A stretch of DNA of 63,421 nt, filler included, from Octopus bimaculoides (Eukaryota): assembly GCF_001194135.2 (NCBI RefSeq). It is 3 parts of 3 records of this genome, joined end to end, with 100 filler letters (N's around TTAATTAATTAA, not from the genome) between each part and the next. Parts side by side here need not be neighbours in the genome. Positions count along the whole stretch, not along the records: positions 1 to 26,724 come from NC_068993.1; positions 26,825 to 55,954 come from NC_068982.1; 1 more part is not named here. One strand, 5' to 3'. Shown here in pieces: positions 25,606 through 37,949 of this stretch. Position 1 is the first letter of the stretch. Each line of letters starts with the position of its first letter. The translations under genes were made by a program, and so were the position numbers. The notes under the pieces are model-generated. The model did not search any database. It saw nothing but the letters and a program-made list of their open reading frames with translations, and had not been told where the DNA came from.

Positions 25606-26687
25606 CAAAGTATATTTTAAAGGACATTTTTTGCCCATTGTTCATAAATATAATAATTAACAAGTCCCTGGCTTTCTTCATCAACACTCCCATCCCCCAC
25701 CCCCACCCCCAGACCATTATTTTTTACTCTCAAGAATATTTTCAACTTACCCCAACAGAAATGCAGTTCTTTCTCTTAGCTTGAAAAAAACACAAAAAAC
25801 AAAGACAAGCATTTTTCTCTTTTTCTTCCCAAGATTCCAACATTTCTATTTTTAGGAAATAAATTTTAATTAAATTTTGTTCAAACCAACTTAAATCACA
25901 TTGATGATAAATTATTTTATACCAGGTGAGGGGAGAAAAAGGGGAATGTGGCAGGTGAAAACGTTTTATTGAGGGCTTGACTAACTTTTCCAAAGACATG
26001 GATGTATGGTCTGCTTCACAATCATGAGTTTTCTGGTTCAATCCTACTTCCTGGCAGCATTTTATGTTAGTACATTACAGGCTAGCATGGGTTGGACAGG
26101 TTCATAAGATTTGATGGATGCAAGAACTGCATTGTTCTCCAGGGTCTGCTTAGGCATGGCTTCTAAGGCTGGATGCTTGGTTTCTATGGCCGGATGCCCT
26201 TCCTAACACGAACCACTTTACAGTATGTACTGGGTACTTTTCTTCATGTCGCCTGCACTAGGGAAACCATCATGTTGTTTGCAAGATGATGAAATCTAAG
26301 AGGTTACCCTGTTCTAGGAGGTATGGGGCAAAAGGTGGATAAAAATAAAAAATGCTAAAACACAAACACACATGCACGCACACATGTACATGCATGCATG
26401 CACACCACAAACACAAAAACATACATACATACATAAATACATGCATATATATATATATAGTATACATTTATATACAGCAGGCTTCTTTAAGTTTCCATCA
26501 ACCAAATCCACTCACAAGGCTTTGCACAGATATACATATATCAATATATTTGCATGTATATGTGTATATAATGTGCATATATACACATGCACATCACACA
26601 GACAGATAAAGAAAGAGAGAAAGGGACAGAATCAGAAAGGGACAAGCAATATATATATATATATTTATATATATATATATATAAATG

Positions 26688-26724
<37 letters not shown>

Positions 26725-26824
26725 NNNNNNNNNNNNNNNNNNNNNNNNNNNNNNNNNNNNNNNNNNNNTTAATTAATTAANNNNNNNNNNNNNNNNNNNN
26801 NNNNNNNNNNNNNNNNNNNNNNNN
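26725..26824. other. Artificial scaffold spacer
   Basis: Exactly N44-TTAATTAATTAA-N44; the 12-mer places stops in all six frames; identical structure at 55955. Confidence 0.9.
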
Positions 26825-27160
26825 TGACGGGTATTCACATTGACATTACACATCCAACGGAGCATACTGGCTTCATTCCTTGCGAGCTTACGTATGTCCT
26901 CAGCAGTTACAGCCCATGTTTCACTGCCATGTAGCATGGCTGTTCGTACGCATGCGTCATACAGTCTGCCTTTTACTCTGAGTGAGAGTCCCTTTGTCGC
27001 CAGCAGGGGTAAGAGCTCTCTAAACTTTGCCCAGGCTATTCTTATTCTAGCAGCTACACTTTCAGCGCACCCACCCCCACTACTAACTTGGTCGCCCAGA
27101 TAGCGGAAGCTATCGACTACCTCTAGTTTTTCACCCTGGAATGAGATAGAAGTTGTTTCC
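26825..27160 (-). mobile_element. Young RTE-1 LINE fragment, uninterrupted RT C-terminal frame
   Basis: Minus frame GEKLEVVDSFRYLGDQVSSGGGC...LYDACVRTAMLHGSETWAV...MLRWMCNVNV, about 110 codons without a stop. Confidence 0.9.
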
Positions 27161-27176
27161 TGTTTGTTTGTTTACA

Positions 27177-27208
<32 letters not shown>

Positions 27209-27464
27209 AGGTCATGTGTTGAAAGCATGATATAAGAACTAATTAAATCTACATTCTATGGCCTATGAAGCATTTTAAGTTTGTGAATTCTATTTTTATT
27301 GTACTATTAACGCTGTTTATTAACTGTCCAAACTGTTCACATTTTTTATTGTTTCTCATATAGTATCTTCAAAATCTAGTTTTAAAAATTCATCTCAATG
27401 ATGTCACATATTTTCTTCACCCACTGCCATTTACATAAATTTATATAAATTATCCTCATTTGGT

Positions 27465-27626
27465 GCAGGAGTGGTTGTGTGGTAAGTAGCTTGCTTACCA
27501 ACCACATGGTTTCGGGTTCATTCCCACTGTGTAGCACCTTGGGCAAGTGTCTTCTACTATAGCCTCAGGCCGACCAAAGCCTTGTGAGTGGATTTGGTAG
27601 ACGGAAACTGAAAGAAGCCCGTCGTA

Positions 27627-27676
<50 letters not shown>

Positions 27677-27905
27677 TGTGTGTGTATATGTTCGTGTGTC
27701 TGTGTTTCTCCCCCCAACATCGCTTGACAACCGATGGTGGTGTGTTTACGTACCCGTAACTTAGCGGTTCAGAAAAAGAGACCGATAGAATAAGTACTAG
27801 GCTTCCAAAGAATAAGTCCTGGGGTTGATTTGCTCGACTAAAAGGCTGTGCTCCAGCATGGCCGCAGTCAAATGACTGAAACAGGTAAAAGAAAGTAAAA
27901 GAAAA
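27465..27905 (+). mobile_element. SINE-A, full length, low divergence
   Basis: Complete head, body, (TA)n spacer and 3' half with a duplicated GTAAAAGA tail. Confidence 0.9.
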
Positions 27906-28074
27906 TATTTATATAAATACTTGTTGTAAAACAAGTTTCCAGGATATTTAATCAATGTTATGGTTGTTATTGTTATTTACTCACAATTTTTTTTCTATAT
28001 ATTTTATTTTGCAACTGATTTTCAGAATTTATTGAATCATAGACATATCATCTTTTATGCTTTTTTTTTTATCT

Positions 28075-28262
28075 TTTGCTCATTTCAGTCATTGAACTGC
28101 AGCCATACTATGGCACTACCTTGAAGGGTTTAATCAAACGAACTGACCCCAGTACTTTTTCTTTCTAAGACTGATACTTCTTCTATTGGTCTCTTTTGTC
28201 AAACCATTAAGTTATGGGAATGTAAACAAACTAACACCGGTTTTGAAGCAGTGGTGGGGGAC
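28075..28262 (-). mobile_element. SINE-A 3' half (diverged)
   Basis: TTTCAGTCATTG...TTCTATTGGTCTCTTTTG...AAGTTATGGG. Confidence 0.7.
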
Positions 28263-28337
28263 AATGCAAACATAACACACGTACAATCACACACTCACAT
28301 ATATATTCATAGATACATACATACACACACAGAAACA

Positions 28338-28925
28338 GCCGTGCTACCCAGCAGTGAAACATGAACTGTGACCACTGAAGACATGTGTTGGCTTGAAAGA
28401 AATGAAGTTAGTATGCTTCGCTGGGTGAGCAATGTCCGTGTGCATGTAGGATAGAGTGTAAGCATCTTGAAAGAAAAGCTGGGCATAAAAGGCATCAGAT
28501 GCGGTGTGCAAGAGGAACGAATGTGCTGGTACGGTCATGTGATGCATATGGTTGAGGACAGCTAATGTAGACCCAGGAAGACATGAGACAAGGTGGTGAA
28601 GCATGAACTCTGAATGTTGGGCCTCACAGAGGTGATGATATGTGACTGAGACTCTTGGTGATATGCTATGCTTGAGAAGACTTGTCAAGCCAAGTAAAAT
28701 CATAATCATGGCAGATGCTGGTGTCATGTAACTAGCATTCATGCAGGTGGCATGTAAAAAGCACCCATTGCGCTCTTGGAGTGGTTGGCATTAGGAAGGA
28801 CATCCAACCATAGAAACCAAGCCAAATGAGATGGAACTTGGTGCAGCTCTCTGGCTTACCAGTTCCAGTCAAACCATCTAACCCATGCCAGCATGGAAAG
28901 TAGACGCTAAATGATGATGATAATG
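28338..28925 (+). mobile_element. Older RTE-1 3' end with internal deletion
   Basis: LERNEVSMLRWVSNV...GIRCGVQEERMCWYGHVM with stops, followed by 3'UTR and ATGATGA tail. Confidence 0.8.
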
Positions 28926-28999
28926 ATACTCACGCACACACACACAAATATTTATATATATGCACACAAACACATATATACACAATGGGTTTCCACACT

Positions 29000-29140
29000 G
29001 TTTCCCTCTGCCAAATTAACTCACAAGGCATTGGTTGGCCCAGAGCTATAGTAGAAAACATTGCCCATGATTCCATGCAGTGAGACTGAACTTTAACAAC
29101 ATGGTTGCAAAGCAAGCTTCTTAACCACACAGCCATACCC
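29000..29140 (-). mobile_element. SINE-A 5' half (diverged)
   Basis: Reverse complement of head and body. Confidence 0.65.
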
Positions 29141-29439
29141 CTCTCTAGCCATGTCTGGCCATGTTGGTTGAACTAATTACAATAATGCGCAGTGCAATGT
29201 TGCTAATTATTCTGTATAGTATGTTTTGTATGTATGTATATATATACTAATATTATGGATAAAATCCAAAATTACAGGTAAAAACTCAATTAAAATCAAT
29301 TTATTAAAAATTAAAATTAAATTAAGTTTCACAGTATAAAATATATGTTACAGTGAATTTTCATCAATGAGTTCATGAACCTTGGTTCTTTTCCCTAAAA
29401 CTATATATATATAGAATTTCACTGGAAAAGAAGATATAA

Positions 29440-29568
29440 GTTTGCCAGGTTTTTGTCTCTCTCACCAAGGTCATCAGCTGTCGAACGCCGACGAAGGGAA
29501 ATAACCCTGAAATCCGGATACGTTCGTGCTGCTGATCGAGGTGAGAGGGATAACTTCCCTTGGCAAAC
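29440..29568 (+). ncRNA. Type I hammerhead ribozyme (U4C variant) at the tip of a long rod
   Basis: Stem I CGAACG/CGUUCG (29482-87/29521-26), core CCGACGA, stem II AGGG/CCCU, GAAA, palindromic stem III AUCCGGAU, cleavage triplet AUA. Stem I is extended by AUCAGC/GCUGAU, an 11-bp helix 29456-66/29540-50, and GUUUGCCA/UGGCAAAC. Confidence 0.75.
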
Positions 29569-29924
29569 AGGACACAGTCGTGTGTCGATAAGCCAGCTGG
29601 AGGAGATGTCCTCCTGGGGCTAAAAGCAACAGTAACATCCACCCCTAGGGGTCAGCCACACTTAAGTGGCAATATACTACACTTTATATATATATATATA
29701 TATATAAATGTAAGAGTTCCTATTTGCATAAGAGTGTGTGCATTATGTTTGCATATACCAGTTAGGTTTGCAAATATAGTTACAGGCTATTGTGTGACTG
29801 TACATGAAGGTGAGGTGTGTAACTGAGTTTGTGGTTTTATGTGTAAATGTAAGCATGTGAGTATTACTGTGTCTGCATACACATGAGATTTATAAGTGTG
29901 CATATGTATATATATATATATATT

Positions 29925-30090
29925 CTCTGAATGGTTGGCGTTAGGAAGGGCATCCAGCTGTAGAAACTCTGCCAAATTAGATTGGAGCCTGGTGTTGCCA
30001 TCCGGTTTCACCAGTCCTCAGTCAAATCGTCCAACCCATGCTAGCATGGAAAGCGGACGTTAAACGATGTTGATGATGATGATGATGATA
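29925..30090 (+). mobile_element. RTE-1 3' tip
   Basis: Nearly identical to 12090-12243; GAT tail. Confidence 0.85.
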
Positions 30091-30302
30091 TATNNNNNNN
30101 NNNNNNNNNNNNNNNNNNNNNNNNNNNNNNNNNNNNNNNNNNNNNNNNNNNNNNNNNNNNNNNNNNNNNNNNNNNNNNNNNNNNNNNNNNNNNNNNNNNN
30201 NNNNNNNNNNNNNNNNNNNNNNNNNNNNNNNNNNNNNNNNNNNNNNNNNNNNNNNNNNNNNNNNNNNNNNNNNNNNNNTATATATATATATATATGTATA
30301 TA

Positions 30303-31560
30303 CTAGCAATGCATCTTGGTGTTGCCCAGGTGTTATGACCTGCAGCTCCTTTCTTATGTCCGTTCTACTGCAGCTTTGAGCTGTTGAATCAGATTATTGT
30401 GGACCAAAAAACATAGTCCGCAGAGCAGAAACGATGTCCTCATGCAAGGTTTTTATTAACTGACAGTATCTTCTTAACTGCTGCTGGTTGTTCCCCATAA
30501 AGTAAATTTGCAGAAATTTGGCCCCGTCATTGACGTATGGTAGAAGCAACCCTATCAAGTGGTACACCTGCCCTTGAACTCTGAATGTCATCTGAAATCC
30601 TTCCTTTGCTATTTCTTTAGTCATGCAAAAGAGGTTATTTGGAAAGTGGAATTGTAGCGTTGAATGTTAGAATAGTAAGTGCTTTGATTCTGTAGTAAGC
30701 CTGTCTAATAAGTTAAATAATGGCTGTGGAGGAGGTTGGAAAACAGGAATCTAAACCATGCCTCCAGAGCAACACATTCCAGGACTTTCACATGTAAACT
30801 TCTTTTCCCCACAGAACCTGCACTGATGCAATAGCCCTCCTACTCTGACAGCAGGACCTTCACTCTAATCTAAGTTAGGATCAGATCTAAGGGCCAATTA
30901 TTCTTCACAAAATGCACCTTCCATTGGTACATGTGTGAGGGCAGCAGGCATTATATCTTGGACACTCAAACTCGTTATAGTAACACTGTCTATACTACAA
31001 TTTCTCTTAATAGATGCTTACCTATTGGATGCTTGTTAGAGGCAGTGGGCACGCTGTTGGTGAGACTCATCTGCTTGGCTTGTTGCAGTTCTATGTCGGT
31101 TCGGTCAAAGGCATGTCGAACAGTGTTTCTGAGACTCAGCAGATCGGGTTGCTGAAGTTATACACCTGTTTTGTAGTAAACATATCAAACAGGCTTCCTG
31201 AGACTCAGCTGCTCTGGTTGCTGCAGTTCTACGTCTATTTCGAAGAAGACTTATTGAATGTACTTCCTGAGACTCAGCTGCTCATTTTACTTCTGTAGAG
31301 CACCGATTATGAAGAAGACACACTTGGTGGTCTACCTCAGACTTGGATGCCTGTGTTGCTGTTATTCTACACCTGGTTTTAGAAAGTTGCTGCAATCGTT
31401 CAGTGTGAGACTCTGACACTCACATTGCTGCAGCTCTTTGTCTATTAGAGAGTAGGTGCCGCTGTTCATGCTGAAGTGATTTTTCTTGAGCACGAATAGA
31501 GGCAGTTATCTTTGCAGTCCTTGTTTGTGGAGATAAATTAGAATGTCTTTGGCATCGCTG
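30303..31560 (-). mobile_element. Helitron internal-deletion derivative (RepHel N-terminus joined to 3' end)
   Basis: Minus-strand decayed frames: AAESQE-type 24-aa repeats, CRFCGEKKF..ESPGMCCSGG, NIQRYNSTFQITSF, GFQMTFRVQGQVYHLIG..KFLQIYF. Ends in a short hairpin plus CTAG|T at 30303. 5' boundary uncertain. Confidence 0.85.
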
Positions 31561-32754
31561 AAAAGAGTGAATGATTAAGGGACATGTGAGATGGAAAACA
31601 CAGCAATTTGAAGTTGTGCTTTGTATAGTTTCATTTCTTAGTAATGAATCATGAGATGTGAAAAAAATTCATATTTCAATTGGTACACCATTATTATGAG
31701 AAGAAGCAGTAAACTGTCAATGGTTTTGCTATGTTCTGTGTTGATAAGCGTAATGCATTGTGTTAGCTGATATATAGTAGGCTGGATTTCTGGTGTAATG
31801 GAAGTTATTATTTGTTTAAAAGTGAAGTGGAGAGGGTATAATTTGCATGGAAGTGCTCTATGTTCTTAAGAAGGATCACAGACTAAGTATTGTTTCATCG
31901 AATAAAAGGGGGTTAATACGATTTTGCCCAGAAATCATGTTTTCAAAATTATAATTTCCTCCTCCCCACTGCAATTTCTTAATTTTAAACTTTTTCGACA
32001 TTTATTTTTTATCCATATAGAAAAATACAAAGATTATGAATCTGGTAAATATAATTTCTTTTTGAAAGTTTCATTTTTTCTGAAATACATGTTCCTACAG
32101 TGCATCAAGCCTATAAATACATGTGCACACATCTTCATATCTTAACCTAGTTTCTCAAGATTGATGCTCTGGAAGTTTGTTACACGTCACAATGGTCCAT
32201 TAATTACAGGTATAAACCTGAGCTTATAATCTGACTAGAGTAACTATAAATTTCTCAATAGTTCAGTGTAGGTGTTTTTTTGTTTTTTTTTCCACTGATC
32301 TTTAGCTTTATGCTGGCATCAACTGGGCAGCTGATTTCCTCTTCTGCACACATATATGTGTACATTCATGTATGTTCTTTTCTGTTTTTAATCATTTAAA
32401 TTCTTTCATTGAAGAAGGAACTGATTTCAAACAAAGATACAAAGCTTTCTCTTTAGAATGCAGATAATGAAAACAGTGTAACATTTTAATTCTGAGAAAA
32501 GTCTTGCATAGTTTTACTGTTCCACCAATAGATTGTATTTGTAATGTGCAAAGCAGTTAGTCGTTTTTTTTTCTTGAAAATCTAATCTTATCCAGATTGA
32601 CAGTTAGGCATTTACTTACAAAACCAAATGCACCAATTATTATTGGTATGTATGTATGCATGTATGTATGTGTGTGTGTGTGTGTGTGTGTGTGAGCCTG
32701 TGTGCATGCATGTGTGTAAAGCCTAGCAAAAAAAAAGGCATGTATGCATGCATG

Positions 32755-33080
32755 CCTTTCTTTTGCTGGGCTTAAATCTTATTTGCAGACTCATGGAAAA
32801 TGAACCTCCACGAACTACTCTGCCTTTCTATCTGTGCTACCTGTCAATGCTGTGTATGCCATAAGGTCAGCAAATCTAACGGTGGCCTCAAAAGACATTT
32901 TAAGATCCTCAAAGATCAGAACTTAACTGCAGCTCTTGGTAGTCCAAAACAGATGTACAATTTATGTGGGTGACATTTCAAAACACTATCTGGTTTAAAA
33001 AGCTACATCAGATGCTATGGTAGATCTAAGGTGTAAGTACAAGAGATGGTCAAACTCTGTATAAGGAGTAGACAACCATC
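32755..33080 (+). pseudogene. LINE 3' remnant with degenerate C2H2 zinc-finger motifs
   Basis: FAGLKSYLQTHGK*, CCVCHKVSKSNGGLKRHFKIL and YNLCG*HFKTLSGLKSYIRCY: finger-like motifs with stops/frameshift, like the C-termini of RTE/BovB-type ORFs. Confidence 0.6.
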
Positions 33081-33083
33081 ATG

Positions 33084-33117
<34 letters not shown>

Positions 33118-33214
33118 CATACGCATGCATACATGCATCTATGTATGTATCTTTTTGTACAATGGGTACCGATGGTGACTATATCAAAGAGCAACAACTT
33201 ACTTTATTGATATA

Positions 33215-33978
33215 TCATCATCATCATCATCATCATCATTTAACGTCCGCTTTCCATGCTAGCATGGGTTGGACGATTTGACTGAGGACTGGTGAAACCG
33301 GATGGCAACACCAGGCTCCAATCTAATTTGGCAGAGTTTCTACAGCTGGATGCCCTTCCTAACGCCAACCACTGAGAGTGTAGTGGGTGCTTTTATGTGT
33401 CACCCGCACGAAAACGGCCACGCTCAAAATGGTGTCTTTTATGTGCCACCCGCACAAGCCAGTCCAGGGACACTGGCAACGATCTCACTCGAAAATCCTA
33501 CGGGAGCCAGTCAGGCGGTNNNNNNNNNNNNNNNNNNNNNNNNNNNNNNNNNNNNNNNNNNNNNNNNNNNNNNNNNNNNNNNNNNNNNNNNNNNNNNNNN
33601 NNNNNNNNNNNNNNNNNNNNNNNNNNNNNNNNNNNNNNNNNNNNNNNNNNNNNNNNNNNNNNNNNNNNNNNNAGTCATCGCCTCGGTGAGGCCCAATGTA
33701 CGAAGGTCTTGCCTCACCACCTCAGCCCAGGTCTTCCTGAGCCTACCTCTTCCACGGGTTCTCTCAACTGTTAGGGTGTGGCACTTTTTCACGCAGCTAT
33801 CCTCATCCATTCTCACCACATGTCCATACCAGCGCAATCGTCTCTCTTGCACACCACAACTGATGCTTCTAATGTTCAGCTTTTCTCTCAAGATACTTAC
33901 ACTCTGACGGGTATTCACATTGACATTACACATCCAACGGAGCATACTGGCTTCATTCCTTGCGAGCTTACGTATGTC
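33215..33978 (-). mobile_element. Young RTE-1 3' end (ORF C-terminus, gap, 3'UTR, tail)
   Basis: MLRWMCNVNV...VQERRLRWYGHVVRMDEDSCVKK...RGRGRLRKTWAEVV; (CAT)n tail on the plus strand. Confidence 0.9.
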
Positions 33979-34194
33979 TACAATCTATATAGTGAAATAG
34001 ATATTTTCAATGTAGTTTTTTTGCATGCATGCATGCATGCACACACATAAATATGTATGTAAATGTATGTGTTTTGATGCATATATATTTTTGTATGTGT
34101 GTGTGTATGTGTGTGTGTGTGTATGTATATGTATGTGTGTGTTTATATATACACATATATGTGCATGTGTGCCTATGTGTATATTTTTTTACCT

Positions 34195-34620
34195 TTTATT
34201 TGTTTTACTCATTGGATTGTGGTCATGCTAGGGTACTGCATTGAAGGGTTGAGTCAAACAAATCAACCGCAGTACCTATTTTTGTTTTTGTTTTTTGCCT
34301 TATGCTTATTCTGTCAATCACTTTTTGCCTAACTGCTAAGTTATGGGAACATAAAGAAATCAACAGTGGCTGTCAAGCAGTTGTTGGGGACAGACACAAA
34401 GACACATACTCATAGATCACCATCATCATCATCATCATTGTGATCATCATCATTGTCACCATTGTTTAATGTCCCTCTTTCCATGCTAGCATGGATGGGA
34501 TAGTATGACTGGAATTGAGAAACCAGAGGACTGTGCTGAGCTCAATGTTTGGTTTGGCTTGGTTTCTAAGTGTCCTCAACTGGATGCCCTTCCTGACGTC
34601 AACCACTTTACAGAGTGGGC
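34195..34620 (-). mobile_element. SINE-A 3' half (34195-34400) plus old RTE-1 tip (34430-34620)
   Basis: Diverged matches to both families. Confidence 0.6.
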
Positions 34621-34801
34621 ATATTAATTATACATTATCATAAATTTAGTTTCATACCAGCCACTTTATGTTACAGAATTGTTTCATGTTGAAGAACCTT
34701 CTATATGTGGAAAAGTAAATTAACAATCATCAGAGATAGTGAATGCAAAAGTATAGTCATATAAATAATATGTATGTTATGTATGTATATATGTATATGT
34801 A

Positions 34802-34847
<46 letters not shown>

Positions 34848-34854
34848 TGTGTGT

Positions 34855-35443
34855 ATATGTTTTTGTGTCTGTGTTTGTCCCCCCACCATCGCTTGACAAC
34901 TGATGCTGGTGTGTCTACATCCCTGTAACTTAGCGGTTCAGGAAAAGAAACCGACAGAATAAGTACTAGGCTTACAAAGAATATGTCCTGGGGTTAATTT
35001 GTTCGACTAAAAGGTGGTGCTCCAGCATGGCCGCAGTCAAATGACTGAAACGTGTGGTAAGTAGCTTGCTTACCAACCACATGGTCCCGGGTTCAGTCCC
35101 ACTGCGTGGCATCTTGGGCAAGTGTCTTCTACTATAGCCTCGGGCCGACCAATGCCTTGTGAGTGGATTTGGTAGACGGAAACTGAAAGAAGCCTGTCGT
35201 ATATATGTATATATATATGTATGTGTGTATGTGTTTGTATGTCTGTGTTTGTCCCCTCAACATCGCTTGACAACCGATGCTGGTGTGTTTATGTCCCTGT
35301 AACTTAGCGGTTTGGCAAAAGAGACCGAAAGAATAAGTACTAGGCTTCCAAAGAATAAGTCCTGGGGTCGATTTGCTCGACTAAAGGCGGTGCTCCAGCA
35401 TGGCCACAGTCAAAAGGCTGAAACAAGTAAAAGAGTAAAAGAG

Positions 35444-35445
<2 letters not shown>
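34855..35445 (+). mobile_element. Tandem SINE-A: 3' half (34855-35051) fused to a near-full copy (35052-35445)
   Basis: AAATGACTGAAAC joined directly to GTGTGGTAAGTAGC. Confidence 0.85.
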
Positions 35446-35476
<31 letters not shown>

Positions 35477-37129
35477 GTAAATAGACATATACATAAACAA
35501 TGGAATGTTCTGTTTATACCATTTTGATTATCCAAAATTCTGACTGCCTCCTTTTTCTCAATATGCAATATCTGTACACCACTTCAAACACTCTATGCAC
35601 ACACACACACACACACACACAAACACATTTATATGTATATATCTGTGTGTGTGTATATGTGTGTGTGTATATGTTATCTGTGAACATATAAGCATAAATG
35701 AAATAAATGTATGAATACTCAAGTAATTAGGTGTTCATGGACAAATGTTCAAGCGGATTGCCATCTATTTAGGTCAAGAATTATATAACATTCTCAAATT
35801 AGAAAAACTATTTCTTCAGTCTTAGGAATCTGGTAAAACAATCTCTAAATGGTTTGTTTACTGTTCTTAAAATGTAATTATTTTTTTTTTCATTATTTGT
35901 TTATTTCTTTAACTATCCATTCCTGTGGCTATAACTGAATTTCATATTGAATAACATTGTAATGCATTCTAATGCATTGTAGTTTTGTAATTTAGCTTAA
36001 TTTGCTGTGTTGAAATAATCCCAGTGATTGTATAAAGAGACAAATGTAATTTGTGAGTGTCAGTCCAAGATCGTATTAGCCCACAGGGGCACTATTTGTG
36101 TTGTTCATTTTGGGTTTGTTAGACTGGTGGAGAACCACTCTTCTCGTATATACAAAACATACATACACATCTCACCTTGTGGAAGTCTAGAAGACAATCA
36201 AGCAATGAATAATGTAGAGATAAGAACCTTCGATCCTGAACATAAGAACCTTCCATCCTGACCACAACTTTGTCATTTTGGGCTTTCATTAGCTGATACT
36301 TACAGGGGTCATTTACTCCTCCTGCAAACTGGGACATGTCACCTAGTGGAAGTCTAGAACGGTGCTCTGCAACCTTTTCTCATTTGTGTTACACATATAT
36401 TTTTCAAAATTTAGTGGCACACTTGAGCTAAAATGTAACTGAAAGTATAAGGCAAAGATTATATTCATGTTACACTGTGGCACACCTAGCTTCGTCTCGA
36501 GACATGCCAGTGTGCTGCAGCATACCAGTTCTGGAGTACTGGTCTACAAGACAACCAAGCAATGGATAACGTAGAGATCCAAGACTTCAGTTTTTGTAAA
36601 GCTTGTACCTGCTATGTACCAGTGTCCACAATATAAAATTGGGATTTTTGTTATTGAGGTTTACTCCTCAAAGTAAGCATTAGGAAGACATAGGATTCTA
36701 TTTCTATCCATGAACTGAAGGTGGCAATGGTCTATCACGATGCTTCTTTTACTTGTTTCAGTCATTGGACTGTGTCCATGCTGGAGCACTGCCTTGATGA
36801 ATTTGTAGTTGAATGAATTGACTCCAGTACTTGTTTCTTTTTTTAAGCTTGGTTCTTATTCTATCAGTCTCGTTTGCCAAACTGCTAACAGGGTATTTTT
36901 GCATGTGCATGTGTGTGTATTGTATTTGGAGTCAGTGCATGTGCATATTTGTTTTATTTTATACATGTGTTCTCATACATATACTTGCATGTCTAGACGG
37001 ATGCATATATACTTAAATGTGAAACATCTGGAAAGTTTTACAAATTTTTACTGTTCCATTGATGGCTTGGCTCTGTAATCTTCGAATCAGGTTTCTCCTT
37101 TCCTGACAACTTTCATTGCATCCTAGACT

Positions 37130-37715
37130 AGAGATCTGCCTCCCTCGAATTGGAAAAAGGGTTATTCCATTGACAGAATAATCGTTTTACCATTCGAGGG
37201 AAGTAGGTCTCTAGTTTGGGATGTGATGTGTAGTGACATGTTCTCTGGCTCCAACGTTGCAGCATCAGCTGCAAATCCAGGTGTCACCACCTGTAACATG
37301 GAGCAAAGAAAAATCAATAAATACAGGAGCCTTGCCAGCTGCTATCAGTTTGTGCTGGTCACTATTGAGATGTCAGGTGTTCTAGGGTCCTTTACCACTG
37401 ATTTCCTCTGCTAAATAGGGATAACAGCAGCCTGTTGGAGAAATGAGCCCTTTAAGGTGGAATGGCTGCTGCAGTGAGTGCCACTGGTCATTCTCTGTGG
37501 CAGCACCATTGTGGTCATAACTGCTGGGTGTGAGTGAGCACACCATTAGTTCCAGGGAATGTGGCCCATTGCTCCCTTACCCTCCATCTTCCACTTCTTT
37601 ATTCCCATCCACACACCTTTCTTCCTTGTCTTCCTTATTTCCCATATCTTTGTATTTAAATGTTTAAATGTTCTAATAAATACAAATGTTTTAACTGCTG
37701 CATTAAAAAAAAAAA
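37130..37715 (+). pseudogene. CRE-like non-LTR retrotransposon 3' remnant (restriction-like endonuclease region)
   Basis: IVLPFEGSRSLVWDVMCSDMF...RKINKYRSLASCYQFVLVTIEMSGVLG...EWLLQ*V matches the RLE motif pattern (LVWD, K..KY, F.P...ET.G..G); AATAAA and an A-run follow. Confidence 0.7.
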
Positions 37716-37949
37716 CAATAAAATAATCCTTTGTTGCAGACTTAATACTCCTCACTCTGAACTATCAAAACACTTGTCAATTACACAGTATTCCTTCTGA
37801 TTGCTGAATACTGTATGACCCACAATATTTTTTTTACAATTAAAATTGAGTTGAATATTCTGACCATGAACTCAGTGCAGTGCCAGGTCAGCTGTAACTA
37901 CTGGGGTGTGATCTGCACAGTTTAAACTTACTTGGTATGTCTTATAATA

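Noticed and set aside
31014-31298. 94-aa plus-strand ORF with ETQLL repeats
   Set aside because: Antisense of the Helitron N-terminal repeats.
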